DNA of 64,000 nt from an uncultured Acidobacteriota bacterium (lineage in GTDB: Bacteria > Actinomycetota > Acidimicrobiia > Spongiisociales > ZC4RG35): contig CAWHEU010000018.1 of the NCBI GenBank assembly GCA_963828465.1, forward strand, positions 192,001-256,000, read 5' to 3'. Below, piece after piece: positions 28,738 through 38,385 of the stretch (positions are counted from its first letter, which is position 1; every line of letters begins with the position of its first letter). The notes below the pieces were generated by a model. That model saw only the letters and a list, made by a program, of their open reading frames with translations. It made no database searches and had not been told where the DNA came from. The position numbers and the translations under genes are program-made.

Positions 28738-29804
28738 CTATCGCGGTCGTTTCAGTCTGACTCTGGAGACGCCGAGTCGAATGATCTGGAGGCCTTCGCG
28801 GTGTATGGACACATGATGGTGGAACCAGCAGAGAGTGATCAGATTGTCGGCATCGGTTCTTCCACCATGGGACCAGGGGATGACATGATGAACTTCGAGG
28901 CGAAAGTTGAAGGGGCAGCCTTCCACGGTGCACTTGCCATCGCGGTGGAGGACATGACGCCTGAGTTTCCGGCCCACCGTCCGGGATCGGCGTCCCAAGA
29001 TCGAGCGGTTTGCCCTTCTCGGTGAGGCCGATCAGATCGACATTTCCGTTACAGAGGATCTCTTCCAGAGTGCCCGGACCCAGTCTCGGACCTGCCAGGA
29101 CGGAAACACCGCGCTCTCCGCTGGTTTCGACCGCCTTCTCGACATCGACGATCACCGCCACATCGATCGGAGCCGACTTCTGGATCCACTCTGATACAGC
29201 GACTGTCCTGACAGATGGCGACCAGGGCCAGAGCATCTCCGTCTCCGCAACCGCCAGACGCTGATCGGCGGGGATGATCTCGTCGGCCCGTTGGTCGACC
29301 GCCTTCTCCATGATCCGGGCATCCAGACCCGGGAAGCTCCCCCCAAAACGAGGTGGCCAGCTCATCGGAATGACCGAAATGCAGATAGCCATTCCCGGTC
29401 TTCCGTTCTCGTCTCCGGGTCAACCGCTTGTGATGGGCAACCAGACGACGCAACCCGGAAATGTCATAACCCTGATGACCGGATCACGATGCTCAGCAGG
29501 GCAACCGGGTCAGAAGTTGAGCCCGGTCAAACGAAATCTCACCGCCCGCTAGCTGTTCGGCCACTTCCGCAGCATCTCCGAGACGGGTCGCAGTCCAACA
29601 GATAGAACGGGCAGTTTCATGAGAGACATCGGCCCGAGCCGCCGTCCAATCGACGATGGTCCGGTAGCCATCAGCCAGATGCGACCTGCGTTGACGCTTT
29701 TCGGCCACCACGGCCATCTCCACCACCCGCCAGGTGCCGATCTCGGATTCGGCCCGGATCAAGAGTTGATCCAACTGATCCTCGGAGTAACTCCCCAACT
29801 CCAT
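28738..29804 (-). pseudogene. DUF222-like/HNH endonuclease gene broken by many indels
   Basis: N-terminal DGYRTIVDWTAARADVSHETA..LAGGEISFDRA; C-terminal RDGKCTVEGC..LEVHHVIPWSHGGRTDADNLITLCWFHH; pieces spread over three frames. Confidence 0.8.
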
Positions 29805-29810
29805 GATCCC

Positions 29811-29833
29811 AACGTACAACCCGACTGTGACAA
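29811..29833 (-). promoter_or_regulatory. PafBC/RecA-NDp-type DNA-damage promoter, leaderless
   Basis: Minus strand tTGTCAC-N10-TACGTT-6 nt-ATG matches the TGTCNN-N10-TANNNT geometry. Confidence 0.55.
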
Positions 29834-29842
29834 GAAACTTGT

Positions 29843-31330
29843 TCAGTCGTAAACCCCGGCCAGGAATGTCTGGCCGCCGGTCACCACGCAAAGGAAGGCG
29901 CCAACTGAAGTGACCAACTGGTAGCGGTCGGCGTCCTCCTCTCCCACCCACCAGCGGCCGGCGAGCCGCCACGGCCCGCTCCAGGTGAGCACCGGCTCCC
30001 ATCGGGTGCCCAACCGAACCCGGGAAGGCATGCCACCGTCCCATTCCACCTCCAACGGCTCGGGACGGGGCGGGACAAGTGCGGGACTGGGCGAAGGGGT
30101 GGCCCCCGGCCAGGGAGCAGACTCGTCCCGCTCCCGATCGGATGGCGGCTCTCCCCAACGGGACCAGGCCACTCGTTCCCTGGGTAGCCGGCCCCCTTGA
30201 GCCCGACCCTGAAGCACCCCGTCGGGACCGAGCAGGGCCTGGGCGCGGGCTAACGCCCGCTCCGCCTCGATCCGCGAGGTCTCGTCCTGGAGCAACCCGA
30301 GCTGTCGGCCCTCATCGGACAGATCTGCCGGGGCGATTCGCAAACGGGAGATCCCGCCGGGGATGCCCCCCGACTCGACCCATGCCCTCAGCTGCCACCA
30401 CACCCGATCAGACAACGCCTTCTCGGTGAAAGGGTCGGCCGATCGCCAGATCCGCTCCCTCGACCCTCCGGCGGCATCCTCGGCCATGATCGAGACACGA
30501 TGCGGCGCCACCCCCGACACCCTCAACCCTCGGAGCAGCCGCTCCGCCAGGGCACGAGAGGCAAAGGCCACTGCGTCGAGGCTCTCCAATGGCTCCTCGA
30601 AACTCGCATCCACCGCCAGGTCGGGCGGGATCTCCCTCGGGTCGACGAAACGGTCCTCCCCCGCGGCCAACCGATGAGCGAGCAGACCATGATTCCCGAA
30701 TCGGGTGGCCAGGGCGTCTCGGGGAAGACGGGCCAGGTCACCCAACGTGGCCACTCCGAGCCAGCGGAAGGTGTCGATCAACTCGTCGGCGTCGAGACCC
30801 TCTCTGAGCGCGGTCAGATCGAGCCGGGAGAGGAATTCGATGGTGTCCGCCACCACCACGGGCTGGCCGACCTCGGATGTCGCCGCGGCCCAACGGGCGG
30901 CGAATGGCCCGTCGGCGATCCCGATCAACGCCTGCCCTCCCCGGTCCCTGCCCACCATCCTGTCCAATTCCTTGGCCAATCGCTCGGCCAGAGCATCCTC
31001 ACCCCCGTAGAAGCGGATAGCACCGGCAATCGGGACGAAGACCAGACCGGGCGCCACCACCTCCACCCTCGGGATCAGGTCCTCGATCGACTCGACCACC
31101 GGCTCGAAACGCCGTGACTCCTCTCCCAGGTCACGGGTCAGGACTGTGGCGAAGGGGGCGAGGGCCTCGGCCTCCCGTCGGGGCATGCCCAGGCACACCC
31201 CCGCCTCCAATACCTCACTCGTCGCCGCAGAGACCCGATCGCCGACGATCAGGACCGGGTCATCCAACGGCGCGTCTGGCCTCCCCAACGACCACATCGG
31301 AAACCACACGCACAACGTCCGAACCTTCAT
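29843..31330 (-). CDS. imuB: ImuB, inactive Y-family polymerase homolog
   Basis: RTLCVWFP.W, GMPRREAEALAP, GIADGPFAA, LGVATLGDLARLP, QLGL clamp motif, WPGA.PSPSPA, GPW..RWW. Confidence 0.88.
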   Translation of the reverse strand: MKVRTLCVWFPMWSLGRPDAPLDDPVLIVGDRVSAATSEVLEAGVCLGMPRREAEALAPFATVLTRDLGEESRRFEPVVESIEDLIPRVEVVAPGLVFVPIAGAIRFYGGEDALAERLAKELDRMVGRDRGGQALIGIADGPFAARWAAATSEVGQPVVVADTIEFLSRLDLTALREGLDADELIDTFRWLGVATLGDLARLPRDALATRFGNHGLLAHRLAAGEDRFVDPREIPPDLAVDASFEEPLESLDAVAFASRALAERLLRGLRVSGVAPHRVSIMAEDAAGGSRERIWRSADPFTEKALSDRVWWQLRAWVESGGIPGGISRLRIAPADLSDEGRQLGLLQDETSRIEAERALARAQALLGPDGVLQGRAQGGRLPRERVAWSRWGEPPSDRERDESAPWPGATPSPSPALVPPRPEPLEVEWDGGMPSRVRLGTRWEPVLTWSGPWRLAGRWWVGEEDADRYQLVTSVGAFLCVVTGGQTFLAGVYD

Positions 31331-31925
31331 CCTCCACCTCGAATCGCCGGGTCATACCGGACGCGCCCTTCCCCGACGCCTCCAGCATGAGACGCCGCCT
31401 TCCCAACCGGCCGTGCCCCTGATCCGCCCCCTCCCAGGTGACCCCGAGAGCCCTGAGCCGGAGATGGGCGACACCGCTGGGCAGACCCCTGCCCATGGGC
31501 CGCATCGCCACCGCCACTTTCCTCGCCCGGGCCAGGGCGGCGAGACGGCGAAGGTCCTGCTCCTTGGCACCGACCGGCACCTCGGCATAGAGAGCGCGCA
31601 CCCCCTCGAGCAAGGCGGCGGCGACCTTGGGCCAGATCCTCGGCTCGTCACAACGCACGATGACGAAGCTCTCCGGGACGACACCGGTCTCCCATGCGGC
31701 CTCAGGCGAGATCCAGCCCCGGGTGTCGAGTGCCACCACCGGTGCCGTCTGCGAAGGGCCGGCCAGCAGTCCCAGACCGAGACGGGTGAGCCCTGTGCCG
31801 GGAATGCCGAGCAATTCGGTCACATGTCCCGGTCTCAGTTGGAGAAACCCCTCCTCACGATCGGCGAGATCGATGAGAGGCACAGTGGTGACAACGTCTG
31901 CAGTGATGACTTCTTTGAGGCCCAA
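31260..31925 (-). CDS. imuA: ImuA'/RecA-like mutasome accessory protein (start uncertain)
   Basis: Degenerate P-loop GIPGTGLTRL, PEAAWETGV, VAAALLEG, RRLAALARAR, GHGRL; overlaps imuB; may start at an ATG near 31951 if a base is missing. Confidence 0.75.
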   Translation of the reverse strand: MGLKEVITADVVTTVPLIDLADREEGFLQLRPGHVTELLGIPGTGLTRLGLGLLAGPSQTAPVVALDTRGWISPEAAWETGVVPESFVIVRCDEPRIWPKVAAALLEGVRALYAEVPVGAKEQDLRRLAALARARKVAVAMRPMGRGLPSGVAHLRLRALGVTWEGADQGHGRLGRRRLMLEASGKGASGMTRRFEVEDEGSDVVRVVSDVVVGEARRAVG

Positions 31926-31954
31926 ACTGGCTCCACGGTCGGGCGTTCCATCTT

Positions 31955-31972
31955 ATCGAACATATGTTCGAT
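31955..31972. promoter_or_regulatory. LexA (SOS) box
   Basis: Perfect palindrome ATCGAACATATGTTCGAT, matching actinobacterial TCGAAC-N4-GTTCGA, upstream of imuA. Confidence 0.92.
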
Positions 31973-31984
31973 GTAAAGACGGAC

Positions 31985-32875
31985 CTACCCCTCCTCGAGC
32001 TCCTCGATCGTCTTGGGCCAGTCGTCCTTGAGGAGACGGGAGAGGGAGCGGTCGGCGAGCAACTTGCCCCCGGTCTGACAGGTGGCGCAATAGTTGGACT
32101 CGTTGGCGGCATGGACGATGCGCTGCACCTTCGACCCGCAGCGTGGACAGGGCTGGCCGAACTTGCCGTGCACCGCCATGTCGTCACGGAAAGCGGTCAC
32201 CTTGGTCGGCCAATCCTCGCCCACCTCGTCCCGGAGCCGCTCGGTCCATTCGGTCAACGACTCGACCACAGCCTGCCGTAACTGCTCGACCTCATCGTCG
32301 GTCAGCTGGGAGGTCCGCTTCACAGGTGACATCCGGGCCTGCCAGAGGATCTCGTCCGAATAGGAGTTGCCAATGCCCGAGAAGATGCGGGGATCCGTGA
32401 GGGCCCGCTTCAAGGTCCGGTTTTCCTTCTTGAGGGCGGCGCCGAACTCTTCGGCATCGGCGTCCAGTGGTTCGACCCCGCCCCGGTCGAGCTCTGCCAC
32501 GCCTTCGAACCCCCGACTCAGCCAGATCCCGGCCCGTTTGTGGGTTCCCTGCTCTGTGAGGATCAAGGTGCCCGGGTCGAAGTCGATTGCGGCCAGGCCG
32601 ACCTTCTTCGGGATCGGCTTTCTCGGCGGCTCCCAGCGGAGACGGCCCGCCACCATCAGATGGATGACGAGGTAGAGATCGTCCTCCATGCCGAAGACGA
32701 TCCGTTTCCCGACACGTTGCAGTGTCTTCACCTCGAGCCCCACTGGAGCGTCGTAAGGAGGGTCGTAGGTGCGCAACACCGACGGGGAGGCGACGCGAAC
32801 GCCACGTACCACCTCGCCGAGAACGCGCCGCTCGAGCGCCTCCAGATAGACCACGATGTCGGGCAGCTCCGGCAC
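31985..32875 (-). CDS. Fpg/Nei-family DNA glycosylase/AP lyase
   Basis: N-terminal PELPD, HLMVAG, H2TH GIGNSYSDEIL, C-terminal CPRC..YCATCQ zinc finger. Confidence 0.92.
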   Translation of the reverse strand: MPELPDIVVYLEALERRVLGEVVRGVRVASPSVLRTYDPPYDAPVGLEVKTLQRVGKRIVFGMEDDLYLVIHLMVAGRLRWEPPRKPIPKKVGLAAIDFDPGTLILTEQGTHKRAGIWLSRGFEGVAELDRGGVEPLDADAEEFGAALKKENRTLKRALTDPRIFSGIGNSYSDEILWQARMSPVKRTSQLTDDEVEQLRQAVVESLTEWTERLRDEVGEDWPTKVTAFRDDMAVHGKFGQPCPRCGSKVQRIVHAANESNYCATCQTGGKLLADRSLSRLLKDDWPKTIEELEEG

Positions 32876-32988
32876 GAGGCGGAAGCTACCGATGGGTGCC
32901 AGCTACTCCGGCTCCCCGAATGACCCGCAGCCACGATAGCGATCTCTCCGATGAGCTCATCACGGTGCAGAAGCCAGACAAACGAGAC

Positions 32989-33018
32989 AAAAAAGGGACG
33001 GGCAATGCCCGTCCCTTT
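32989..33018 (-). terminator. Intrinsic terminator of pnp
   Basis: Minus strand AAAGGGACGGGC-ATT-GCCCGTCCC-TTTTTT. Confidence 0.85.
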
Positions 33019-33038
33019 CAATCCTGGATCAGCGAGAT

Positions 33039-35453
33039 CTAGCCCTCGCTGATCTCCTCGAACACTTCGTCGAAGCTCTGGGCGGCACGACGCCGCTCTG
33101 CGCCCGACTCAGCCGGCACCGGCTGGGGGGTCTCGACGCTGCTGGGGCTGGGATCACGGTCCCGACTCCCACGGTCACGATCGCGTCCGCCACGATCGCC
33201 GCCACGATCACGGCCCCGTCCTCCACGGTCACGATCACGGTCGCGCCCGCCACGATCGCCGCCATCCTGACGGGGAGCCTCGGGCTCGGGAAGGGTTGCC
33301 CCCTCCAGGGCCTCGACCAGCTCGAGACTGACCTTGCCTCGATCGATCTCGCGGACCCTGACCTTCAACTCTTGGCCGTCGACCAGATAGTCCTCGACTC
33401 GCTCCACCCGCTTCGACCCGTCGAGACGGGAGATGTGAAGCAGCCCGTCACGCCCGGGGAGGATGTTGACGAATGCGCCGAACTTGGTGATGTTCACCAC
33501 CTTGCCGTCGTACTCGGTGCCCAACTCCACCTCCGGCGGGAAGGCGATCTGCATCACCTTCTCCTTGGCGGCGGCCAGAGCCGAACCGTCGTTGGAGGCG
33601 ATCCTCACGATGCCTTTGCCATCGGTCTCTTCGATCTCGATGGCGGCTCCGGTCACTTCCTCGAGCTCGCGAATCACAGCGCCCTTGGGACCGATGACCT
33701 CACCGATCTTGTCCTTGGGGATCTCGATCGACTCGATACGAGGCGCGAATTCGTTCATCTCCGCACGAGGCTCGGCAATGGCTTCTGCCATCTTGTCCAG
33801 GATGAACAAGCGGGCGACCTTGGCCTGATCGAGTGCCTCTGTCAGCACCTCGGAGGGAAGGCCTTCGAGCTTGGTGTCGAGCTGCAAGGCCGTGATGACG
33901 TCCCTGGTGCCGGCCACCTTGAAGTCCATGTCACCGAGGGCGTCTTCCGCACCGAGGATGTCGGTGAGCGTCACGTACTTCCCATCACGGTGAATGAGCC
34001 CCATGGCGATACCGCCGACCGGCGCCAGGATCGGAACGGCGGCGTCCATCAGCGAGAGGGACGACGCACACACCGACGCCATGGAAGTGGACCCGTTCGA
34101 GGACAGGACCTCGGAGACGAGCCTGAGGGCGTAGGGGAATTCTTCCTCTGTGGGGATGACCGGGAGGACTGCCTTTTCGGCCAGTGCCCCGTGACCTATC
34201 TCACGACGCTTCGGGCCACGCATGAACCCGGCCTCACCGGTGGAGAATGGTGGGAAGTTGTAGTGGTGCATGTAGCGCTTGGAATCCTCGAGGGCGAGGG
34301 TGTCCAGCATCTGCTCCATCTTCATCATCCCGAGCGTGGTCAGGTTGAGAACCTGGGTCTCGCCTCGTTGGAAGAGACCGGAACCATGAGTCCTCGCCAC
34401 CACGCCGACCTCGGCGCTGATCGGCCGGATGTCGGTGGGGCCACGCCCATCGAGGCGTATGCCGTCCTCGACCACCCGCTTGCGCATGAGGTCCTTGAGG
34501 ACCGACTTGAACGCGCGCTTTGCCTGGCCACGACCCTCGTCGTCGTCCTCGGCAACACCGAGCTCTGCCACGACCGCCTCCAGGACCTCGTCCTCGGCGG
34601 TGTTGCGCTCCTGCTTATCGGCGATTGTGACCACCGAGCCGAGCTTCGGCTCTGCGATCCCTCGGACGCTCTGGTAGATCTCGTCGGAGTAGTCGGCGGC
34701 CACCGGCCACGCGACCTCTTTCTTGGTCACCTTGGAGGCCAATTCGTTCTGGAGATCGATGAACTCCCCGATGTAGACCTTGGCCTCTTCGAGACCCCTG
34801 GCGACGGTGCTCTCATCCGACGGGGCATCGCCCGCCGCGATCAGACGCAGGCCGTTGGGCGTCGAACCGGCCTCGACCATGATGACGTCGATCCCGCCCT
34901 CGGCGTTGCGACCACCGGCGACCACCAGCTCGAATACCGACTCGTCGAGATCGGCATGGGTCGGGAAGGGGATCCACTCCCCCTTCTTGAGACCGAGACG
35001 AACGGCGCCGATGGGTCCCTGGAAGGGGATCGGGCTCACGCTCAATGCAGCCGAGGCGCCATTCAAGGCAATCACGTCGAAGGGATTCTCCTGGTCCACC
35101 GCCAGCGAGGTGATCACGACGTGGGTCTCGTTGCGATAGTTGTCGGAGAATGAGGGGCGCAGCGGGCGGTCTATGAGCCGGCAGGTGAGAATCGCCTGCT
35201 CGGAGGGTCGACCCTCACGACGGAAGAACGACCCGGGGATCTTGCCCACCGAGTACATGCGCTCTTCGAAGTCGACGGTGAGAGGGAAGAAATCGACTCC
35301 CTCCCTGATTTTCCTATTTGCAGTGGCGGTTACCAACATCTCGGTACCGCCGAGTCGGGCGACCACGGCTCCGTCGGCCTGACCGGCGAGTTTGCCGGTG
35401 CTCAGGACGAACTCTTTGCCGCCGATGGTCCCCGTTACGGAGATTTCGGGCAC
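33039..35453 (-). CDS. pnp: Polyribonucleotide nucleotidyltransferase
   Basis: DFFPLTVD, RLIDRPLRP, RREIGHG, SNGSTSMASVC, GDMDFKVAGT, KH and S1 domains, Arg/Asp/Gly-rich tail. Confidence 0.98.
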   Translation of the reverse strand: MPEISVTGTIGGKEFVLSTGKLAGQADGAVVARLGGTEMLVTATANRKIREGVDFFPLTVDFEERMYSVGKIPGSFFRREGRPSEQAILTCRLIDRPLRPSFSDNYRNETHVVITSLAVDQENPFDVIALNGASAALSVSPIPFQGPIGAVRLGLKKGEWIPFPTHADLDESVFELVVAGGRNAEGGIDVIMVEAGSTPNGLRLIAAGDAPSDESTVARGLEEAKVYIGEFIDLQNELASKVTKKEVAWPVAADYSDEIYQSVRGIAEPKLGSVVTIADKQERNTAEDEVLEAVVAELGVAEDDDEGRGQAKRAFKSVLKDLMRKRVVEDGIRLDGRGPTDIRPISAEVGVVARTHGSGLFQRGETQVLNLTTLGMMKMEQMLDTLALEDSKRYMHHYNFPPFSTGEAGFMRGPKRREIGHGALAEKAVLPVIPTEEEFPYALRLVSEVLSSNGSTSMASVCASSLSLMDAAVPILAPVGGIAMGLIHRDGKYVTLTDILGAEDALGDMDFKVAGTRDVITALQLDTKLEGLPSEVLTEALDQAKVARLFILDKMAEAIAEPRAEMNEFAPRIESIEIPKDKIGEVIGPKGAVIRELEEVTGAAIEIEETDGKGIVRIASNDGSALAAAKEKVMQIAFPPEVELGTEYDGKVVNITKFGAFVNILPGRDGLLHISRLDGSKRVERVEDYLVDGQELKVRVREIDRGKVSLELVEALEGATLPEPEAPRQDGGDRGGRDRDRDRGGRGRDRGGDRGGRDRDRGSRDRDPSPSSVETPQPVPAESGAERRRAAQSFDEVFEEISEG

Positions 35454-35482
35454 TAAGTGCTCCTTGTGTATGGGAGCCGCAC

Positions 35483-35536
35483 CCGTTGGCAGTAGTCATG
35501 TCTCAGGTGAACCGAGACATCGCCACTGACAACCGG
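35483..35536 (-). promoter_or_regulatory. Long imperfect hairpin in the pnp leader (Actino-pnp-like, probable RNase III site)
   Basis: Minus strand GGTTGTCAGTGG-CG-ATGTCTC..GAGACAT-GA-CTACTGCCAACG. Confidence 0.6.
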
Positions 35537-35620
35537 CAAGGCTCAGTGTGTATGTCGGCCCCGGCCGTCCGGCCCGGGCCATCTCATGAGGAACGCTAAC
35601 CGCTCCTCAGGAAAGCAGTG

Positions 35621-35878
35621 TCAGCGACGCAGCCCCAACTTGGCAATCAGGGCCCTATATCGCTCCACGTCCTCCCTACGGAGGTAGTCGAGGAGACGAC
35701 GCCGCTTACCGACCATCATGAGGAGCCCGCGCCGACTGTGGTGGTCGTGCTTGTGCTCACGGAGATGCTCGGTCAAATGGTTGATTCGCTCGCTGAGCAA
35801 GGCGACCTGCACTTCTGGGGAGCCGGTATCGCTCTCGTGGGTGCCGTACTCGGCGACGATTTCAGTGGTTGTCTTCAT
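35621..35878 (-). CDS. rpsO: 30S ribosomal protein S15
   Basis: [34 protein letters not shown]. Confidence 0.98.
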   Translation of the reverse strand: MKTTTEIVAEYGTHESDTGSPEVQVALLSERINHLTEHLREHKHDHHSRRGLLMMVGKRRRLLDYLRREDVERYRALIAKLGLRR

Positions 35879-35990
35879 TACGCGTCAAACCTGGACTGTT
35901 CCGGGGGGACAGCAGAAACTCTAACAGCCCACTCGTTGGTAACCACAACCACGGACACGACAACCACGCGGCCTCCCCCCTTGTTCCCCT

Positions 35991-37230
35991 TCACCGCACC
36001 TGCCCGTCACCATAGAGCACGTACCGCTCGGACGTAAGGGACTCGAGACCCATAGGGCCTCGGACGTGGAGCTTCTGAGTCGAGTTGCCGATCTCGGCGC
36101 CGAACCCGAACTCCTCGCCGTCGGTGAAACGGGTCGACGCGTTCACCGCCACGACCGCGGTGTCGATCGCGGCGACGAAGCGGTCGGCTGCGACGCGGTC
36201 GTCGGTGACTATGGCCTCGGTGTGACCCGTCCCGTAGCGACGGACATGCTCGATGGCTGCATCGATGCCGGGCACGACACGGACCGCCATGATCAGGTCG
36301 AGGTACTCGGTAGCCCAGTCCTCTTCGGTCGCCTCCCCCATCTCAGGCACCAGCTCACGTGCGTGGTCGTCGCCTCTGAGCTCGACGTTTTCAGCCATGA
36401 GGGCGCGAGCTGCCTCACCGAGGAACTTCTCGGCCACGGCCTCGTGGACCAAGAGCGTCTCGGCGGCGTTGCAAACTCCGGGACGCTGGACCTTGGCGTT
36501 GACCACGATGCCAATCGCCTTCTCCAGATCGGCTGCGGCATCGACGTAGACATGGCAGTTCCCCGCACCGTCGATGACGGTTGGCACAGTGGCATCCGCC
36601 TGGACCGCAGCGATGAGACCCGGGCCCACCCCTTGGTACGAGCAGATCCACCCATTCGGTCGCCTGCATCAGTGCTTTGGCTCCCTCTCGGCTGGTGTCC
36701 TCGAGGAGTTGGACCCCGTCGGCAGGGAGACCGGCAGCGGTGAGCGAGCTTCGTATGGCACCCGAGATGGCCATGTTGGAGCGGAGGGCGTAGGACGAGC
36801 CGCGCAGGATCACGGCGTTGCCGGATCGGATGCAGAGCCCGGCGGCATCGGCGGTCACGTTGGGACGGGCCTCGTAAATCACGGCGACGACGCCGAGTGG
36901 GACACGGACGCGGTGGAGTTGCACCCCGTTGTACAACGACCAGCCTCCTGTCTCGCGGCCCACCGGATCGGGCAAGGAGGCAACGCTGCGAAGACCGGCG
37001 GCCATGGCGGAGATCCGCCTCTCGTCCAGACGGAGCCGGTCGATGAGAGCGCCCGTGATCCCCTCGCCTTCCGCCTGTGCCATGTCGGCCCGATTCGCCT
37101 CGAGCACTGCCGAGGCAGCCTCTTCCACCCCAGCGGCCATGCCGAGCAGGGCCTGCCGGCGTGACTCGCCGGTCGACTGACGCAGGACGTGTGAGGCCTC
37201 CCGGGCTCGGCGGCCGATCTCCTCGATCAT
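35991..37230 (-). CDS. proA: Gamma-glutamyl phosphate reductase (one extra base near 36621)
   Basis: VPLGVVAVIYEARPNVT, VPRGG|PGLI junction, GVCNAAETLLVH, NASTRFTDG, STQKLHVRGP; about 412 aa when joined. Confidence 0.93.
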
Positions 37231-38369
37231 TGGCCCAGGTTATCGGCGGATGGGGCTGTGGTGAGAACGACGAGGTCGTCGCGGTGGACCACCACACCAC
37301 CCACCTCCGAGCTGTGGCGGCCGATGGACGTGCGGACCTCTTCGGCCGTCATCGCCACCAACCCTTTGCCGATGACGGTCTCATCATCGCCGGTCACCTC
37401 CACAGCCGACCCGGCGTCGAACTCGCCATCCACGCCTGTTATCCCGACGGCGAGAAGCGAGCGCCCCCCGTCGAGCAGGGCAGACACCGCGCCGGGGTCG
37501 ACAGAGAGACGCCCGACCGCGGGCAGACCGAAAGCGATCCAGAGCTTGCGGGCCGGGAGCCTCGACTCGTGAGGCGTTACCCACGTCCCCACCGCCTCAC
37601 CGGACACGGCACGGGCGACCACCCCGCTCTCCCTGGCATCGGCGATCACCGTGGGGATACCTGACCAGGCGGCCATCCTCGCCGCCATCACCTTGGTTGC
37701 GGGACCACCCGAGCCGAAAGGTCCTGGCGACCCACCGGCGATGTGGTCGAGCGCGGCATCACCGGAAAAGACCGCCGAGAGCAGCTCGACGTCGTCCATG
37801 GTCCTTGGGTCTCCCGAGTAGATGCCCCCGAAGTCGGTCAGGATCACAAGGATCCCGGCAGAGACGAGGTGGGACACGATCGCCGCCAGCTCGTCGTTGC
37901 CGCCGAGCCGGAACTCGTCCACCACCACGGTGTCGTTCTCGTTGATGATCGGGACGACTCCCAGGGAGAGCATGCGCTCCAGCGTGTTACGCGCATTGAG
38001 ATATTGGGACCGGTTGGCGAGCACGTCCTTGGTCAGCAGGACCTGGCCAACCACCATCCCCCGGCTCTTGAACAAAGCGGCGTATCGCTCCATGAGGAGT
38101 CCCTGGCCCACCGCCGCCGCAGCCTGGAGACCGGGCACATCTCTGGGGCGCCCGCCAAGGCCGAGCGCCGGAATGCCGGCCGCTACAGCCCCAGATGAGA
38201 CAAGGAGGGTCGGATGACCTCCATCCCACATCCCGGCGACATGTTCGACCGCCTGCTCGAGACCCTCGGGATCGAGCTCACCGGTGGGACGCACCAAGCT
38301 CGAAGAACCGGCCTTGACCACGACCGGTCTCCCGGCATCGACAGGCCGGCGGCCGATTGAGTCCGTCAT
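37227..38369 (-). CDS. proB: Glutamate 5-kinase
   Basis: VVKAGSS, VSSGAVAAG, PIINENDTV, C-terminal PUA domain. Confidence 0.95.
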   Translation of the reverse strand: MTDSIGRRPVDAGRPVVVKAGSSSLVRPTGELDPEGLEQAVEHVAGMWDGGHPTLLVSSGAVAAGIPALGLGGRPRDVPGLQAAAAVGQGLLMERYAALFKSRGMVVGQVLLTKDVLANRSQYLNARNTLERMLSLGVVPIINENDTVVVDEFRLGGNDELAAIVSHLVSAGILVILTDFGGIYSGDPRTMDDVELLSAVFSGDAALDHIAGGSPGPFGSGGPATKVMAARMAAWSGIPTVIADARESGVVARAVSGEAVGTWVTPHESRLPARKLWIAFGLPAVGRLSVDPGAVSALLDGGRSLLAVGITGVDGEFDAGSAVEVTGDDETVIGKGLVAMTAEEVRTSIGRHSSEVGGVVVHRDDLVVLTTAPSADNLGQ

Positions 38370-38385
38370 GGACCTGCCACCTGTC

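Noticed and set aside
29484-29495. Two in-frame TGA codons in the HNH gene as selenocysteine or read-through
   Set aside because: They lie in an indel-dense stretch and are explained by compensating frameshifts; the context is not a redox site.
32876-32988. Possible ncRNA between pnp and fpg/nei
   Set aside because: Apart from the pnp terminator and the fpg -10 box, I see no convincing structure or known motif.
33372-35153. 593-aa plus-strand ORF, and similar long ORFs at 7435-8718, 46832-48046, 50781-52163 and 59785-61083
   Set aside because: Antisense shadows of well-conserved genes (pnp, valS, proS/ispG, cdsA, LLM oxidoreductase), expected at high GC; no recognisable motifs.
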